From an uncultured delta proteobacterium (GTDB taxonomy: Bacteria; Desulfobacterota; Binatia; HRBIN30; BPIQ01): 64,000 nt of DNA. Below the pieces are notes generated by a model, which was not told where the DNA came from, did not search any database, and was given only the letters and a program-made list of their open reading frames with translations. Position 1 is the first letter of the stretch. Each line of letters opens with the position of its first letter. This document shows, piece after piece, positions 63,440 through 64,000 of the stretch. Made by a program: the position numbers and the translations under genes. Where the stretch lies: NCBI GenBank assembly GCA_963761335.1, contig CAVXGR010000004.1:134992-198991 (forward strand), read 5' to 3'.

Positions 63440-64000
63440 GTGGCGAAGCTGGGCCTCGTCGGGCGGCTCCGGGAGAGCGTGCGGGATTCGGGGCTGCGGT
63501 GGACGGCATCGCTCATCCTCGACCGTGTCCTGCCCATCGGCCCTCTCGGCCGGTCACGTGCCCGCGGACACCGCGATGAAGCTGAGCTGAATGCGCCGGA
63601 GCTCATCCGGAGGCAGCACCCGCGACGACCTCTATGCGCGCATCCTGGCGCGCGCCTACTGGTTCAATCTGCGCGGCAACACGAGCAACTATGTCTATGA
63701 GGTTCCCCGCCAGTGGGAGGGGCGTTTCGCGGCGCTGCAGGTGATCGGCGACAAACGCGGTGGCGCGCTGCCTCGCCGCACATCCGGACTTCCTGCAACG
63801 TGTCCGCGCCCGGCGAGCTGATCACCGTGCGCCACGAAGAGATGGTGCGCGCCCCGGCGACGGTCCTGTCCGACCTCTGTGCTTTTCTCGGGCTGGAGCG
63901 GGACCGGGGATACCTCGAGGACTGCTCCCGGATCGTCTTCAGGGTTCCGACCTATACGCGGCGCCGGGTCGAGTGGACGCCGGCACAGATTCGCGACGTC
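63440..64000 (+). pseudogene. Disrupted sulfotransferase-like gene running off the window end
   Basis: Segments in different frames: ELNAPELIRR / DDLYARILA..QVIGDKRGG / LITVRHEEMVRAPATVLSDLCAFLGL (typical sulfotransferase C-terminal motif). Confidence 0.5.

Overview
High-GC (~70% by eye) bacterial chromosomal window. Gene content (PT-rich linkers, MYXO-CTERM-like anchor, many lipid/acyl-CoA enzymes) is reminiscent of Ca. Binatia or related delta-type lineages; this is inference only. It holds about 50 mostly metabolic/housekeeping genes, including glgX, treY, acnA, pssA, ettA, speA, MoxR-VWA, LOG, a molybdopterin oxidoreductase, an L,D-transpeptidase, MMPL+LolA-like genes, a pentaheme cytochrome, two phosphorelay clusters, a VapBC-type TA pair and tRNA-Asn(GTT). 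The striking feature is intergenic: many gaps hold palindromic elements. (i) Inverted arrays of degenerate 8-mers; one pair brackets a four-helix-bundle (23S-IVP/Avd-like) gene, the others are empty or carry another palindrome. (ii) Two families of long hairpins built from ~7-mer words, with arm-to-arm covariation. (iii) GTAG-type REPs, including a 5x97-bp BIME-like array. (iv) A second REP-like doublet family. The best candidate for an undescribed system is the four-helix-bundle gene with its inverted octamer arms and dispersed empty copies. Also notable: an ethylene-receptor-like kinase lacking the Cu-binding Cys, an ArsC deleted between two GTE microhomologies, and several frameshifted genes that may be pseudogenes or consensus errors. 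All calls come from manual motif recognition; no database searches were run.
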